Program-made: the position numbers and the translations under genes | Source: Clostridia bacterium | GTDB lineage: Bacteria > Bacillota > Clostridia > Christensenellales > CAG-138 | Direction: 5' to 3' | NCBI GenBank assembly: GCA_017428025.1 | Contig: JAFRRO010000021.1 | Coordinates: 11,752-75,751, forward strand | DNA length: 64,000 nucleotides | The notes under the pieces: model-generated | Seen by the model: the letters and a program-made list of their open reading frames with translations, nothing else | Database searches by the model: none | What the model was told of the DNA's origin: nothing | In this document: piece by piece, positions 37,640 through 46,020 of the stretch | How the letters are laid out: every line of letters begins with the position of its first letter | How positions within the stretch are numbered: the stretch's first letter is position 1

Positions 37640-39088
37640 ATGGGCAAGAGACGACCGTTCGGAAAAGCATTTGCGCGGCGTGCCGTGGTATTCTCCACCG
37701 CCCTGATGGCGGTGCTGTTCGCCGTGTTTCTGATCCTGTACGCAAACCGCGGCACGATGCTCACGCGATACGCCGCCTCCGCCGCAGAGCGCGGCGACTA
37801 TGCAAAGGCGGTGTCGCTGCTGGAAGCGTCCGACGCCGAAAACGAGAATCTCACCGAATACCGCTACCGGCTCGCGCAGTCGTATCTCGAAGCGGGCAAG
37901 CTCTCCGACGCGGAAACGCTGTTTTCGCAGCTCTCCGGCTATCGCGACAGCCGCGAAATGATCTCGGAATGCCGCTACCGCGCCGCCGGACTGCTCTTTG
38001 ATCACGGCGAATACGAGGCCGCAAAGGACGCGTTCTACGCGCTTGCGGGATACGCCGACGCGCTTGCGCGCTACGACGCCTGCCGCTATGAAATCGCCGC
38101 CGCGACCGAAGCGAAGGACGCGAAGGAAGCGTTCCGGCTGTTCCGCGCACTCGGCGCGTACGGCGACGCCAAGGCGCGCGCCGAGGCGATCGCGATCCGG
38201 CTGACCGGCGAAAGCGATCCGCAGTATGCGGTCAACGCGATGCTCGGCATCTCGAACGAAACGCTGGAGCAGATCCGCGAGCTCGACGCCGCGCGCGGCG
38301 CGCTGCCGACCGGTCGGCTTGCCGTGGGCTTCTATCACACCGTCGGGCTGAAATCCGACGGCACCGTGCTCGCCGCGGGCAGAAACGACGAGGGGCAATG
38401 CAATGTGTCCGGATGGTCCGGCATCGTTGCCGTCGACTGCGGCGCGTATCATACCGCAGGGCTCCGGAGCGACGGTACGGTCGTCGCTGTCGGACGCAAC
38501 GACGAGAGACAGTGCGACACCGAAAGCTGGACGGACATCGCGGCGATCGTGTGCACCGATTACAACACCGTCGGTCTCAAAACGGACGGCACGGTCGTTT
38601 CCACCGGATTTCAGCCGTTTGCCGAGCTTTCCGGCTGGCAGCACATCACCGCGCTCGGCGGAGGCAGCTATGCCGCCTGCGGCGTGTCCGAAAACGGGCA
38701 GGTCCTCTCCTCCCACGCCTCGATGCGCAGCGAAGACATGATCGACGTCATCGGGATCGACGTCTCGACCGGCTACTGTGTCGGGTTCAAAGCCGACGGA
38801 ACGGTTCTCTGCACCGTGCGCCCGCTTCCGTGGACGGATATCGTGGCGGTCTCGGCGGGCAGCACCGGCATCCTCGCGCTTGACAAAAACGGACTGGTCC
38901 ATACCTACTGGTTCCGCTCGCGCGACGCAATCGACTGTTCCGATCTCCGGGACGTTGCGGCAATCGCCGCCGGCGGCACGCACTGCGCCTTTCTGCTGAA
39001 GGACGGTACGGTCGTCACCCGCGGGGAGAACACCTGCGGCGAATGCGACACCGGTTCGTGGAACCTCGGCGCGACAACGATCGAGTAA
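37640..39088 (+). CDS. Membrane-anchored TPR-like / RCC1-repeat beta-propeller protein
   Basis: N-terminal TM segment, helical repeat region, then about 7 repeats of ..YHT.GLKSDGTV...GRNDEGQC....W..I.. (RCC1-like). Confidence 0.75.
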   Translation: MGKRRPFGKAFARRAVVFSTALMAVLFAVFLILYANRGTMLTRYAASAAERGDYAKAVSLLEASDAENENLTEYRYRLAQSYLEAGKLSDAETLFSQLSGYRDSREMISECRYRAAGLLFDHGEYEAAKDAFYALAGYADALARYDACRYEIAAATEAKDAKEAFRLFRALGAYGDAKARAEAIAIRLTGESDPQYAVNAMLGISNETLEQIRELDAARGALPTGRLAVGFYHTVGLKSDGTVLAAGRNDEGQCNVSGWSGIVAVDCGAYHTAGLRSDGTVVAVGRNDERQCDTESWTDIAAIVCTDYNTVGLKTDGTVVSTGFQPFAELSGWQHITALGGGSYAACGVSENGQVLSSHASMRSEDMIDVIGIDVSTGYCVGFKADGTVLCTVRPLPWTDIVAVSAGSTGILALDKNGLVHTYWFRSRDAIDCSDLRDVAAIAAGGTHCAFLLKDGTVVTRGENTCGECDTGSWNLGATTIE

Positions 39089-39100
39089 CCCTTTGCGCAT

Positions 39101-39131
39101 AAAAAACAGACGCCGTAAAGCGTCTGTTTTT
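39101..39131. terminator. Bidirectional intrinsic terminator
   Basis: aaaaaCAGACG-ccgtaaag-CGTCTGttttt. Confidence 0.7.
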
Positions 39132-39142
39132 GATTTGACTGC

Positions 39143-40636
39143 TTATTGTGTTCTTGCGCTCAGTACGTTCGACCAGTTGCCGAAGTAGGTCATCTTTTCG
39201 AACACGTGATACGAGCGCACCCGCGCGTAGTACGTCGTATAGGATTTCAGGCTCTTGATCGTCGTCTGATACGTCTTTGCGTCGGTGATCTTCACCGTCT
39301 TGACGTTCTTCGTGAACGCCGCATCCGTCGCGATCTGCACCTCGTAGCCCGTGAAGTTCTTCGAGCCCTCCCACTTGACCGTCAGCTGTTTGCTGCCGCC
39401 GGTGACCGAGGTCAGCTTGCGTGTCGTGATGCGCACGGTCGTCTTCAACGGTCCGACAAAGCCGAGATTGAAGTTGCCCGAATTGTTGTTCACGTTGCCG
39501 CCGATCTCAGCTCCGGTCAACGGATCGACGCGTCTTGCAAAGTATGCCTTGACGCCGTACTGGTATCTGGTGCCTGCGTATACTTTGTGCGATTCGTCGA
39601 TGCCGTCGATATAGCTCGTAGCGGTCGTGTTGTTCCATCTTGCGAACGTCGTCCAGCCGTTGTCGACAAGGTTCCACGCTCTGCGATAGATCACGTATCC
39701 CGCAGCGCCCTCGACCGGCGTCCAGGTCACCAGAATGCCCTCGTCGATATTCTCGACCGTCGTTTCGGTCGTGGCAGGCAGATAGATCTTGAAGCTGCCG
39801 CGGCAGGTTCCGGTATAGCCGTTGGTGAACGTCACGATGACATAGCCGGTACCGGCCATTGTGTTCTCCCGATACACATACGTATAGTTCGACGGATCGA
39901 TCACACTGCCGTTTTCGTCCTTGACGACGAACCGCGGCGTATGCGCCGTTCCGTCGTACATCACATACGCGGTCGAGCCCTTATACTGCACATCCTCGCC
40001 GTTCCATTCGACCGTGCCGTTCAGCTCCGGAACCGGTGTAGGCGTCGGCGTGGGTGTCGGCGTAGGTGTCGGTGTCGGCGTCGGCGTAGGCGTAGGCGTC
40101 GGTGTCGGTGTAGGCGTAACGGGAACGGTCCGGTCCTCGATAAACGGTGCAAACGCGCTGCCGACGGTGCGCGGCGAAGCGGTACCGCCTGAGTAGGATT
40201 CGCCCTCGGTGCTGCCGAGCGTGAAAACGATCTCGGCGCCTTCGGGGAGATTGCGGACGAACCGGAACCAGACGGTCAGCAGCAGGGTGCCGTCCGTCAG
40301 CGCAACGCCGTTGCCGGACGCGTAAGCAAAGCGGACCTCGCCCTCCTTGTCGGTGTTGACCGTGCCGGGTGCGGCGGAAGCCGTTTCGTGCGCAACCGGC
40401 AGAATCGTTTCGCTGTCATAGCAAAGTTCAAAGTACAGCGCGGACAACCGTTTTTCGCCAGTCGCGCCGTTCAAAAGCACCTCGACCTTGAGGCATTCCG
40501 TGCCGTCGACCGATTCCGTATGCTCGGATACGAGGCCGCCCTTGATCTCGAGCACATAGTCTTCGCCCGATGCGGCGGCCGGTGCGATCGCAAGCAGCAG
40601 AAGCAGCGCAAGAATCGCCGCTGCAAATCGTTTCAT
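39143..40636 (-). CDS. Secreted surface protein: cohesin-like N-domain, (PT)n linker, FN3-like domains
   Basis: Signal peptide MKRFAAAILALLLLLAIAPAAA. N-domain resembles cohesin (LKVEVLLNGA..LSALYFELCYD). (TP)16 linker. C-terminal ..LTVKWEGSKNFTGYEVQIATD..YYARVRSY (FN3 pattern). Confidence 0.7.
   Translation of the reverse strand: MKRFAAAILALLLLLAIAPAAASGEDYVLEIKGGLVSEHTESVDGTECLKVEVLLNGATGEKRLSALYFELCYDSETILPVAHETASAAPGTVNTDKEGEVRFAYASGNGVALTDGTLLLTVWFRFVRNLPEGAEIVFTLGSTEGESYSGGTASPRTVGSAFAPFIEDRTVPVTPTPTPTPTPTPTPTPTPTPTPTPTPTPVPELNGTVEWNGEDVQYKGSTAYVMYDGTAHTPRFVVKDENGSVIDPSNYTYVYRENTMAGTGYVIVTFTNGYTGTCRGSFKIYLPATTETTVENIDEGILVTWTPVEGAAGYVIYRRAWNLVDNGWTTFARWNNTTATSYIDGIDESHKVYAGTRYQYGVKAYFARRVDPLTGAEIGGNVNNNSGNFNLGFVGPLKTTVRITTRKLTSVTGGSKQLTVKWEGSKNFTGYEVQIATDAAFTKNVKTVKITDAKTYQTTIKSLKSYTTYYARVRSYHVFEKMTYFGNWSNVLSARTQ
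40033..40118. repeat. Hexanucleotide (ggtgtc/ggcgta-type) microsatellite encoding the (PT)n linker
   Basis: About 16 tandem Pro-Thr codon pairs inside the surface protein CDS. Confidence 0.9.
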
Positions 40637-40789
40637 GAATGTTCTCCTTCTTTTCGGGATAGAGCTATTGTATCACAAGCCGCATGCCGCGGCAAGCGCA
40701 AAGCGAAAGTTTTCCGCACACCGGTACGCGGCATTGCGCCGTACACGGTTCTGTGCTATACTTGTACTATAAAAGGAAAGGAGATTCCC

Positions 40790-42019
40790 ATGAACAATCG
40801 AGCATTGAAACAACTCTTTATCGACACCGACTTTGTTCACAGAAGCGGTACCAAAGAGGAGCTGCAGGTTGCCGAACTGCTGAAAGCGCGCTGTGAGGCG
40901 TTGGGCGCGTCTGCGCGCATCGAGGCGTTCCCCGTGCCGATGGCGGAGATCGAGGAAGCGCACGTCTATGCCGACGGCAAAGAGATCCCCGCAAAGGGCC
41001 TGTTCTGCTGCGGCAGCGGCGAGATCGAAGGCGAGCTCTACTACATGCCCGCGCAGGATAAGGTGTCGGTTGCAGGCGCAAAGGACAAGATCGTGCTGAT
41101 GGACACCGGCGGCATCGGCTTTTTCGGCTATCAGGACCTGATGGAGGCCGGTGCAAAGGGCATCCTGTTCCAGTACGGCGATCTGCATAACGGCAACCGC
41201 GACATCGACGAGCGCGATCTCCGCGCCGCGGTGGTCGGCGAACAGCCGAAGGTGCTGTGCGCGATGCTGCACGTTTCCACGGCGGTGGCGCTTGTCAGAA
41301 ACAAGACGAAGCGCGTGCGCATTGCAATCAAGCAGCGCGAATACGAGGGCGAATCGCACAACGTCGTCGCGGAGCTGCCGGGCAAAAACGGCGAGTGGAT
41401 CACGCTGTCCGCGCACTACGACACGACCGCGCTTTCGCACGGCGCGTACGACAACATGACCGGCTGCGCAGGGCTTTTGGGCGTGCTCGACGCGCTGAAG
41501 GGGAAGCCTCTGAACTACGGACTGCGGTTCGTGTTCTGCGGCAGCGAGGAACGCGGGCTTCTGGGCTCCAAGGCGTATGTCAGAGATCACGAGGACGAGC
41601 TGAAGAAGATCGCGCTGAACATCAACCTCGATATGATCGGCACGATCATGGGCAAGTTCATCGCGCGCGTCTCCGCCGAGGAAGCGCTGGCAAACTACAT
41701 CACCTATATGGGCGCGGAGCTCGGCTTCCCGGTCTCCGCCAAGACCGGCGTCTATTCGAGCGACTCCACGCCGTTTGCCGACAAGGGCGTGCCCGCGCTG
41801 TCGATGGCGCGCATTGCAGGCGGTTCCGTCGCGCCGATCCACTGCCGTTTCGACCGCATGGATGTGCTGTCGATGGATCAGCTGCAGAGCGATATCGCAT
41901 TTATCGCGGAGTTCACCCGCCGCATGGCAATGTCCGCAGTCTGCCCCGTCGGCCGCGAGATTCCCGACTCGGTCAAGAAGGAGCTCGACGAATACCTGTT
42001 CCGCAAGCGCAGAGACTGA
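40790..42019 (+). CDS. M28 family metallopeptidase with PA domain
   Basis: Start MNNRALKQLF behind AAAGGAAAGGAG. SAHYDT, DNMTGCAG, FCGSEERGLLGS, NLDMIG motifs. Confidence 0.8.
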   Translation: MNNRALKQLFIDTDFVHRSGTKEELQVAELLKARCEALGASARIEAFPVPMAEIEEAHVYADGKEIPAKGLFCCGSGEIEGELYYMPAQDKVSVAGAKDKIVLMDTGGIGFFGYQDLMEAGAKGILFQYGDLHNGNRDIDERDLRAAVVGEQPKVLCAMLHVSTAVALVRNKTKRVRIAIKQREYEGESHNVVAELPGKNGEWITLSAHYDTTALSHGAYDNMTGCAGLLGVLDALKGKPLNYGLRFVFCGSEERGLLGSKAYVRDHEDELKKIALNINLDMIGTIMGKFIARVSAEEALANYITYMGAELGFPVSAKTGVYSSDSTPFADKGVPALSMARIAGGSVAPIHCRFDRMDVLSMDQLQSDIAFIAEFTRRMAMSAVCPVGREIPDSVKKELDEYLFRKRRD

Positions 42020-42040
42020 ATTCGCCCTTCCCGAACGAAC

Positions 42041-42078
42041 AAAAGGTGCGGACCGCAAACGCGGCTCGCACCTTTTTT
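42041..42078 (+). terminator. Intrinsic terminator after the M28 peptidase gene
   Basis: aaaaGGTGCG..ccgc-aaac-gcgg..CGCACCtttttt. Confidence 0.75.
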
Positions 42079-42136
42079 ATACCCAAAAGCAAGGTCTGCC
42101 GACCTTTGTGTGCGGCATCCGGTTCGTCAAACCGGC

Positions 42137-42468
42137 TCAGGCATAACGGGCATTCGAATCGGCAGTCACGATCATGATGATCACAAACAGGACCGTGGCG
42201 CCTATCGTGCTGACCGTCTGAATGATCCTCATGTTGCTTCTGCGAACGCCGAGCAGCAGAAGAATGCCGGAAATGATGCTGACTGCGGCAAGAACGATCT
42301 GCAGATAAAACAGGAACGACTGATCGGCAATCTGCAGTCTTGCAACGGGGCTGCGGTGCCATTCCCGGACGCCCCCGTCGGCATCACGGCGCGGTCCGTA
42401 TAGAACGCGATATTCAGGATAACAAGATACGCGACATTTACGATCATGGAGAGTATGGTCAACAACAT
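42137..42468 (-). pseudogene. Small 3-TM membrane protein gene split by a frameshift (or an assembly error)
   Basis: Frame A from 42468 reads MLLTILSMIVNVAYLVILNIAFY... Frame B ending at 42137 reads ...FLFYLQIVLAAVSIISGILLLLGV..IIQTVSTIGATVLFVIIMIV. The switch lies near the G5/C5 runs at about 42340-42375. Confidence 0.35.
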
Positions 42469-42577
42469 CCTTCGTTCGCTCCTTTCGATTCGCTGATAAA
42501 CACATGAGGCCCGTCGCCCCTGCAGGCTGTCGTTCTGAGCCGCAGGCGAACAATCTCAGAGCGCTGAAAGCCGATCC

Positions 42578-42893
42578 GTTCCGAGATCCTTCGTCGCTTT
42601 CCACTTCGCTTCGCTGCCGTTACAGAGGCAGATCGCGCGCTCCCCGCGCGTACCATCACTTCGCTTCGCTGCCGTTACAGAGGCAGATCGCGCGCTCCCC
42701 GCGCGTACCATCACTTCGCTTCGCTGCCGTTACAGAGGCAGATCGCGCGCTCCCCGCGCGTACCACCACTTCGCTTCGCTGCCGTTACAGAGGCAGATCG
42801 TGCGCTCCCCGCGCGTACCACCACTTCGCTTCGCTGCCGTTACATAGGTAGATCGCGCGCTCCCCGCGCGTACCATCGTTCCTCAGGATGACA
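42578..42893. repeat. Type B REP-like element whose core is expanded to 5 tandem copies of a 55-bp unit
   Basis: Ends are gttccgagatccttcgtcgc (42578-42597) and ctcaggatgaca (42882-42893). Unit cacttcgcttcgctgccgttacagaggcagatcgcgcgctccccgcgcgtaccat starts at 42602, 42657, 42712, 42767 and 42822 (exact 55-bp period, few substitutions). Confidence 0.9.
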
Positions 42894-42920
42894 TGGGAGG
42901 CGGATGAGGTGTCGTAGGGT

Positions 42921-43066
42921 TGTCAAGAGAACCGTCCCCTTGACACCAATAGTTAGTCTTGACACCCCATCAACACAGCGGAACCGTCCCTTCGTGTTCT
43001 ACTCGTTTTTCATCGTCCTGTCAACACAAAAGAACCGTCCCCTTGTGTTCCCCTGACAAGGGGAGC
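42921..43066. repeat. Three type C hairpin elements with a conserved loop, plus one type A half element
   Basis: tgtcaag-AGAACCGTCCCC-ttgaca (42921-42945), aacac-..GAACCGTCCC..-gtgtt (42972-42998), aacacaa-AAGAACCGTCCCC-ttgtgtt (43023-43049), then cccct-gaca-agggg. Confidence 0.8.
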
Positions 43067-43080
43067 TCAAAACACGCTCC

Positions 43081-43890
43081 CTACAGAACCGCTTCCCCGA
43101 TCCTTGCCTCGATCAAACGGACATATGCCTCCGCGGCGGCGGAGAGTTCCGGAAGCGACAGTACGTCGGAAAGCCGCCCCGATCTGTCTCCGCGCAAAAA
43201 CGTCATCAGTGCGCCTTGCAATTTTGTGAACCGACCTGCAAGCGCGGTTTCCCCTGCAAGTGTCAGCATGCTGATCCCGTCCAACAGCAGCGGGCGGAAC
43301 AGCCGATTCAGCGCCGGAAGATACGCCGCAGGATCATGCGCAGCCGATGCGAATCGTTCGATCGCCCCGACGTTCTCACGCACGATCTGCACGGATCGAC
43401 GGTAATACGGCTTCAAATCAACCTGTTTCGGCTCTGCGTATTCGAGATGCGCAAGCGTCACAACATCGTCCGTGCGCTCGATGATCTCGTTTTCGTTCAG
43501 GACGAGCTCCGTCTCCTCCCCGCTGTCTGCATACGTCGGATTGATAAAACGGTATCCCCCGTCGTATTTCAGAAAAACGACCGCATGTTTGCCGTACGGC
43601 GTCAAAAGGCCCATCATCACCGGCTCGCTGTTTTTCAGTCGTGCGCACAGCGCATCCCTCTTTACTTCGGTTTCCGTCATCATCAGCCCGCGTGGAAGGA
43701 ACCAAAGATTGAACCATTCTGCGCTCTGCAGCATCGGTCCGGAAAGAAACGTATCGCCGTCCTTTGCAAACAGCCACGGCAGTCCCATCTCCAACGCGAT
43801 CTCCGTATCCTGTGTGTCGACGCCGATCATCTCCAACAGGTTCGCCAGCGCCGCATACGAACAGGACGCCTTAAAATGCATGTGCTTCAT
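43081..43890 (-). CDS. Hypothetical protein, possibly a papain-like/BtrH-N (C39-like) fold
   Basis: 269 aa. N-terminal KASCSYAALANLLEMIG (candidate Cys) and ..YGKHAVVFLKYDGG (candidate His), with a helical C-terminal half. Assignment made by eye only. Confidence 0.4.
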   Translation of the reverse strand: MKHMHFKASCSYAALANLLEMIGVDTQDTEIALEMGLPWLFAKDGDTFLSGPMLQSAEWFNLWFLPRGLMMTETEVKRDALCARLKNSEPVMMGLLTPYGKHAVVFLKYDGGYRFINPTYADSGEETELVLNENEIIERTDDVVTLAHLEYAEPKQVDLKPYYRRSVQIVRENVGAIERFASAAHDPAAYLPALNRLFRPLLLDGISMLTLAGETALAGRFTKLQGALMTFLRGDRSGRLSDVLSLPELSAAAEAYVRLIEARIGEAVL

Positions 43891-43984
43891 ATTGCTTCCC
43901 GCCTTTCAATGTCTGTATCGTATGCCGTTTCCTTTGAAAAAACAAGACTTGAATTTCCGTGAACGCATATGCTAAAATAGTATC

Positions 43985-44014
43985 AAGATAAAAGCGGCGG
44001 AACGATCCGCCGTC
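43985..44014 (-). terminator. Intrinsic terminator of the butyrate operon
   Basis: On the minus strand: gaCGGCGGA-tcgt-TCCGCCGcttttatctt. Confidence 0.6.
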
Positions 44015-44067
44015 TTTCTATGCAAACGATCCCAGGGCTTCCCCCGGGATCGCTGCGGTTTTGGGAT

Positions 44068-45186
44068 TTATTTTGCCGCTTTCGCCGCGCGGATGGATTC
44101 GATCAGCTCCGGAACGACCTTGAAGAGGTCGCCCACGATGCCGTAGTCCGCACATTCGAAGATCGGCGCCGTCTCGTTCTTGTTGACCGCGATGATGCAT
44201 TCGGATTCCTGCATGCCCGCCTTGTGCTGGATCGCGCCGGAGATGCCGAGCGCGATATAGAGTTTGGGATGCACGGTCTTGCCGGTCTGTCCGACCTGAT
44301 GGTCGGCTCCGATCCAGCCCGCGTCGACGCAGGCACGGGATGCGCCAACGACGCCGCCGAGCTCCGCCGCAAGCTCCTCGGCAAGCGCAAGGCCCTTTTC
44401 GACATCCTTACTGATGCCGCGGCCGACGGAAACGATGCAGTCCGCGCCGATCAGATCGACGAGCTTCTTCGCCGCCTTGACGACCTCGACCACCTCGGTC
44501 TTGATATCCGAAGGCTTGAGATCGAATTCCGGATGGATCAGCTCCGCGGTTCTCGGATTCTCGCGCTTTTTCATGACGCCCGGGCGGACCGTCGCCATTG
44601 CGGGACGGAAGCGCGGGCAGATGATCGACGCCATGAGGTGTCCGCCGAACGCCGGACGCGTCATCTTGAGGTCGCGCGCGACGGAATGATCCGCGCCCGC
44701 AAGCCGCACGCTCTTGGTGCGCTCGATGCGCTCCTCGGGCAGCGTCGACGCCTCTCTAAGGAAGTTCTGATAATTTTGAAGATCGATATCGAGGTGCGTG
44801 CAGTCCGCGCAAAGACCGGTGTGCAGCCTTGCCGCGCAGCGCGGCGCGAGATCTCTGCCGATCGTCGATGCGCCGAACAGCAGGATTTCCGGCTTGAACG
44901 TTTCGACCGCGTCCGCGATGACCTTGGCATACGCGTCGGTGGTAAAGACCTTCAGAAGCGGGCTATTGTAGACATAGACCTTGTCCGCGCCGTATTTGCC
45001 GAGTTCGGGCGCGATGCCGTCCACGTTGTCGCCGAGGAGGATGCCGCAAAGCTCCACGCCGAGCTCGTCGGCAAGCTTGCGTCCCTCGCTGATCAACTCG
45101 AAGGTTGTCGGCATCATTTCGCCGTTGCGCTGCTCGCAGAAAACCCAGACGTTCTTGAAGGATTCGATTTCGGTGCTGCTAAACAT
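44068..45186 (-). CDS. etfA: Electron transfer flavoprotein subunit alpha
   Basis: VWVFCEQRNGE.., TRPAFGG, QVGQTGKTV.P.LYIALGISGAIQH.AGM. Contains an extra segment of about 30 aa after ..DCTHLDID. Confidence 0.9.
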   Translation of the reverse strand: MFSSTEIESFKNVWVFCEQRNGEMMPTTFELISEGRKLADELGVELCGILLGDNVDGIAPELGKYGADKVYVYNSPLLKVFTTDAYAKVIADAVETFKPEILLFGASTIGRDLAPRCAARLHTGLCADCTHLDIDLQNYQNFLREASTLPEERIERTKSVRLAGADHSVARDLKMTRPAFGGHLMASIICPRFRPAMATVRPGVMKKRENPRTAELIHPEFDLKPSDIKTEVVEVVKAAKKLVDLIGADCIVSVGRGISKDVEKGLALAEELAAELGGVVGASRACVDAGWIGADHQVGQTGKTVHPKLYIALGISGAIQHKAGMQESECIIAVNKNETAPIFECADYGIVGDLFKVVPELIESIRAAKAAK

Positions 45187-45204
45187 AGTTCGTTTCCCCC
45201 TCCC

Positions 45205-46005
45205 TCAGATGATGTGCTTGCCGGCCAAGATGCCCGCAAGTTTGTCGGTGGTTTCCCTGCCGTCGCCCGAAAGCATCATGCCTGCGCCCTTTTGCGGCGG
45301 TGTGAACGACGTGAGGATATTCGTCGGGGAACCCGCAAGACCGATCGTGCTCTTGTCGATCAGCGGATGATCCTTCAGCGTTTCGTAGGTCATCGTGACG
45401 ACGTCCTTCCGATAGCACTCGAAGATGCCCGCGATGTTCATGTAGCGCGGCTTGTTCAGCTCCTTGATGCAGGTGATCATGCACGGCGTCTGGACCTTGA
45501 CGGTCATATAGCCGTCCTCTAAGATGCGCTTGACGGTCAGGGTATTGCCGTCCTTTTTGATCTCGCCCGCATAGGTGACCTGCGGCAGATGCAGCTTTTC
45601 CGCAATCTGCGGACCGACCTGCGCGGTGTCGCCGTCGATCGCCTGACGTCCCGCAAGGATGATGTCCTCGGGTTCGACGCCGTAGGTGTCGATTGCCGCC
45701 GCGATGATCTGGCTCGTCGCATAGGTGTCGGAACCGCCGAACTCGCGCGCGGTGATCAGAACGCCCTCGTCGACGCCCATCGCCATGAGCTCGCGGAGCA
45801 TGCCCTCGGCGGGCGGCGGGCCCATCGTGAACGCGATGACCTTGCAGCCGAGCTCGTCTTTGAGCGTCAGCGCGGCTTCGACCGCGTTCATATCGTCGGG
45901 GTTGATGATCGTCTGCATGGATGCGCGGTCGAGCGTGCCGTCCGGATTGACGGCGACCGTGCCGGAGGTATCGGGAACCTGCTTTACGGTAACAAAAATC
46001 TTCAT
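45205..46005 (-). CDS. etfB: Electron transfer flavoprotein subunit beta
   Basis: MKIFVTVKQVPDT...NPDDMNAVEAAL.., 266 aa. Confidence 0.9.
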   Translation of the reverse strand: MKIFVTVKQVPDTSGTVAVNPDGTLDRASMQTIINPDDMNAVEAALTLKDELGCKVIAFTMGPPPAEGMLRELMAMGVDEGVLITAREFGGSDTYATSQIIAAAIDTYGVEPEDIILAGRQAIDGDTAQVGPQIAEKLHLPQVTYAGEIKKDGNTLTVKRILEDGYMTVKVQTPCMITCIKELNKPRYMNIAGIFECYRKDVVTMTYETLKDHPLIDKSTIGLAGSPTNILTSFTPPQKGAGMMLSGDGRETTDKLAGILAGKHII

Positions 46006-46020
46006 GTTCTCTGCCCTCCT

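Noticed and set aside
42602-42876. CRISPR array
   Set aside because: The five 55-bp units are directly adjacent, with no unique spacers between them. No cas genes are in the window. The unit is part of a dispersed REP/MITE-like family that also occurs at 3996-4066.
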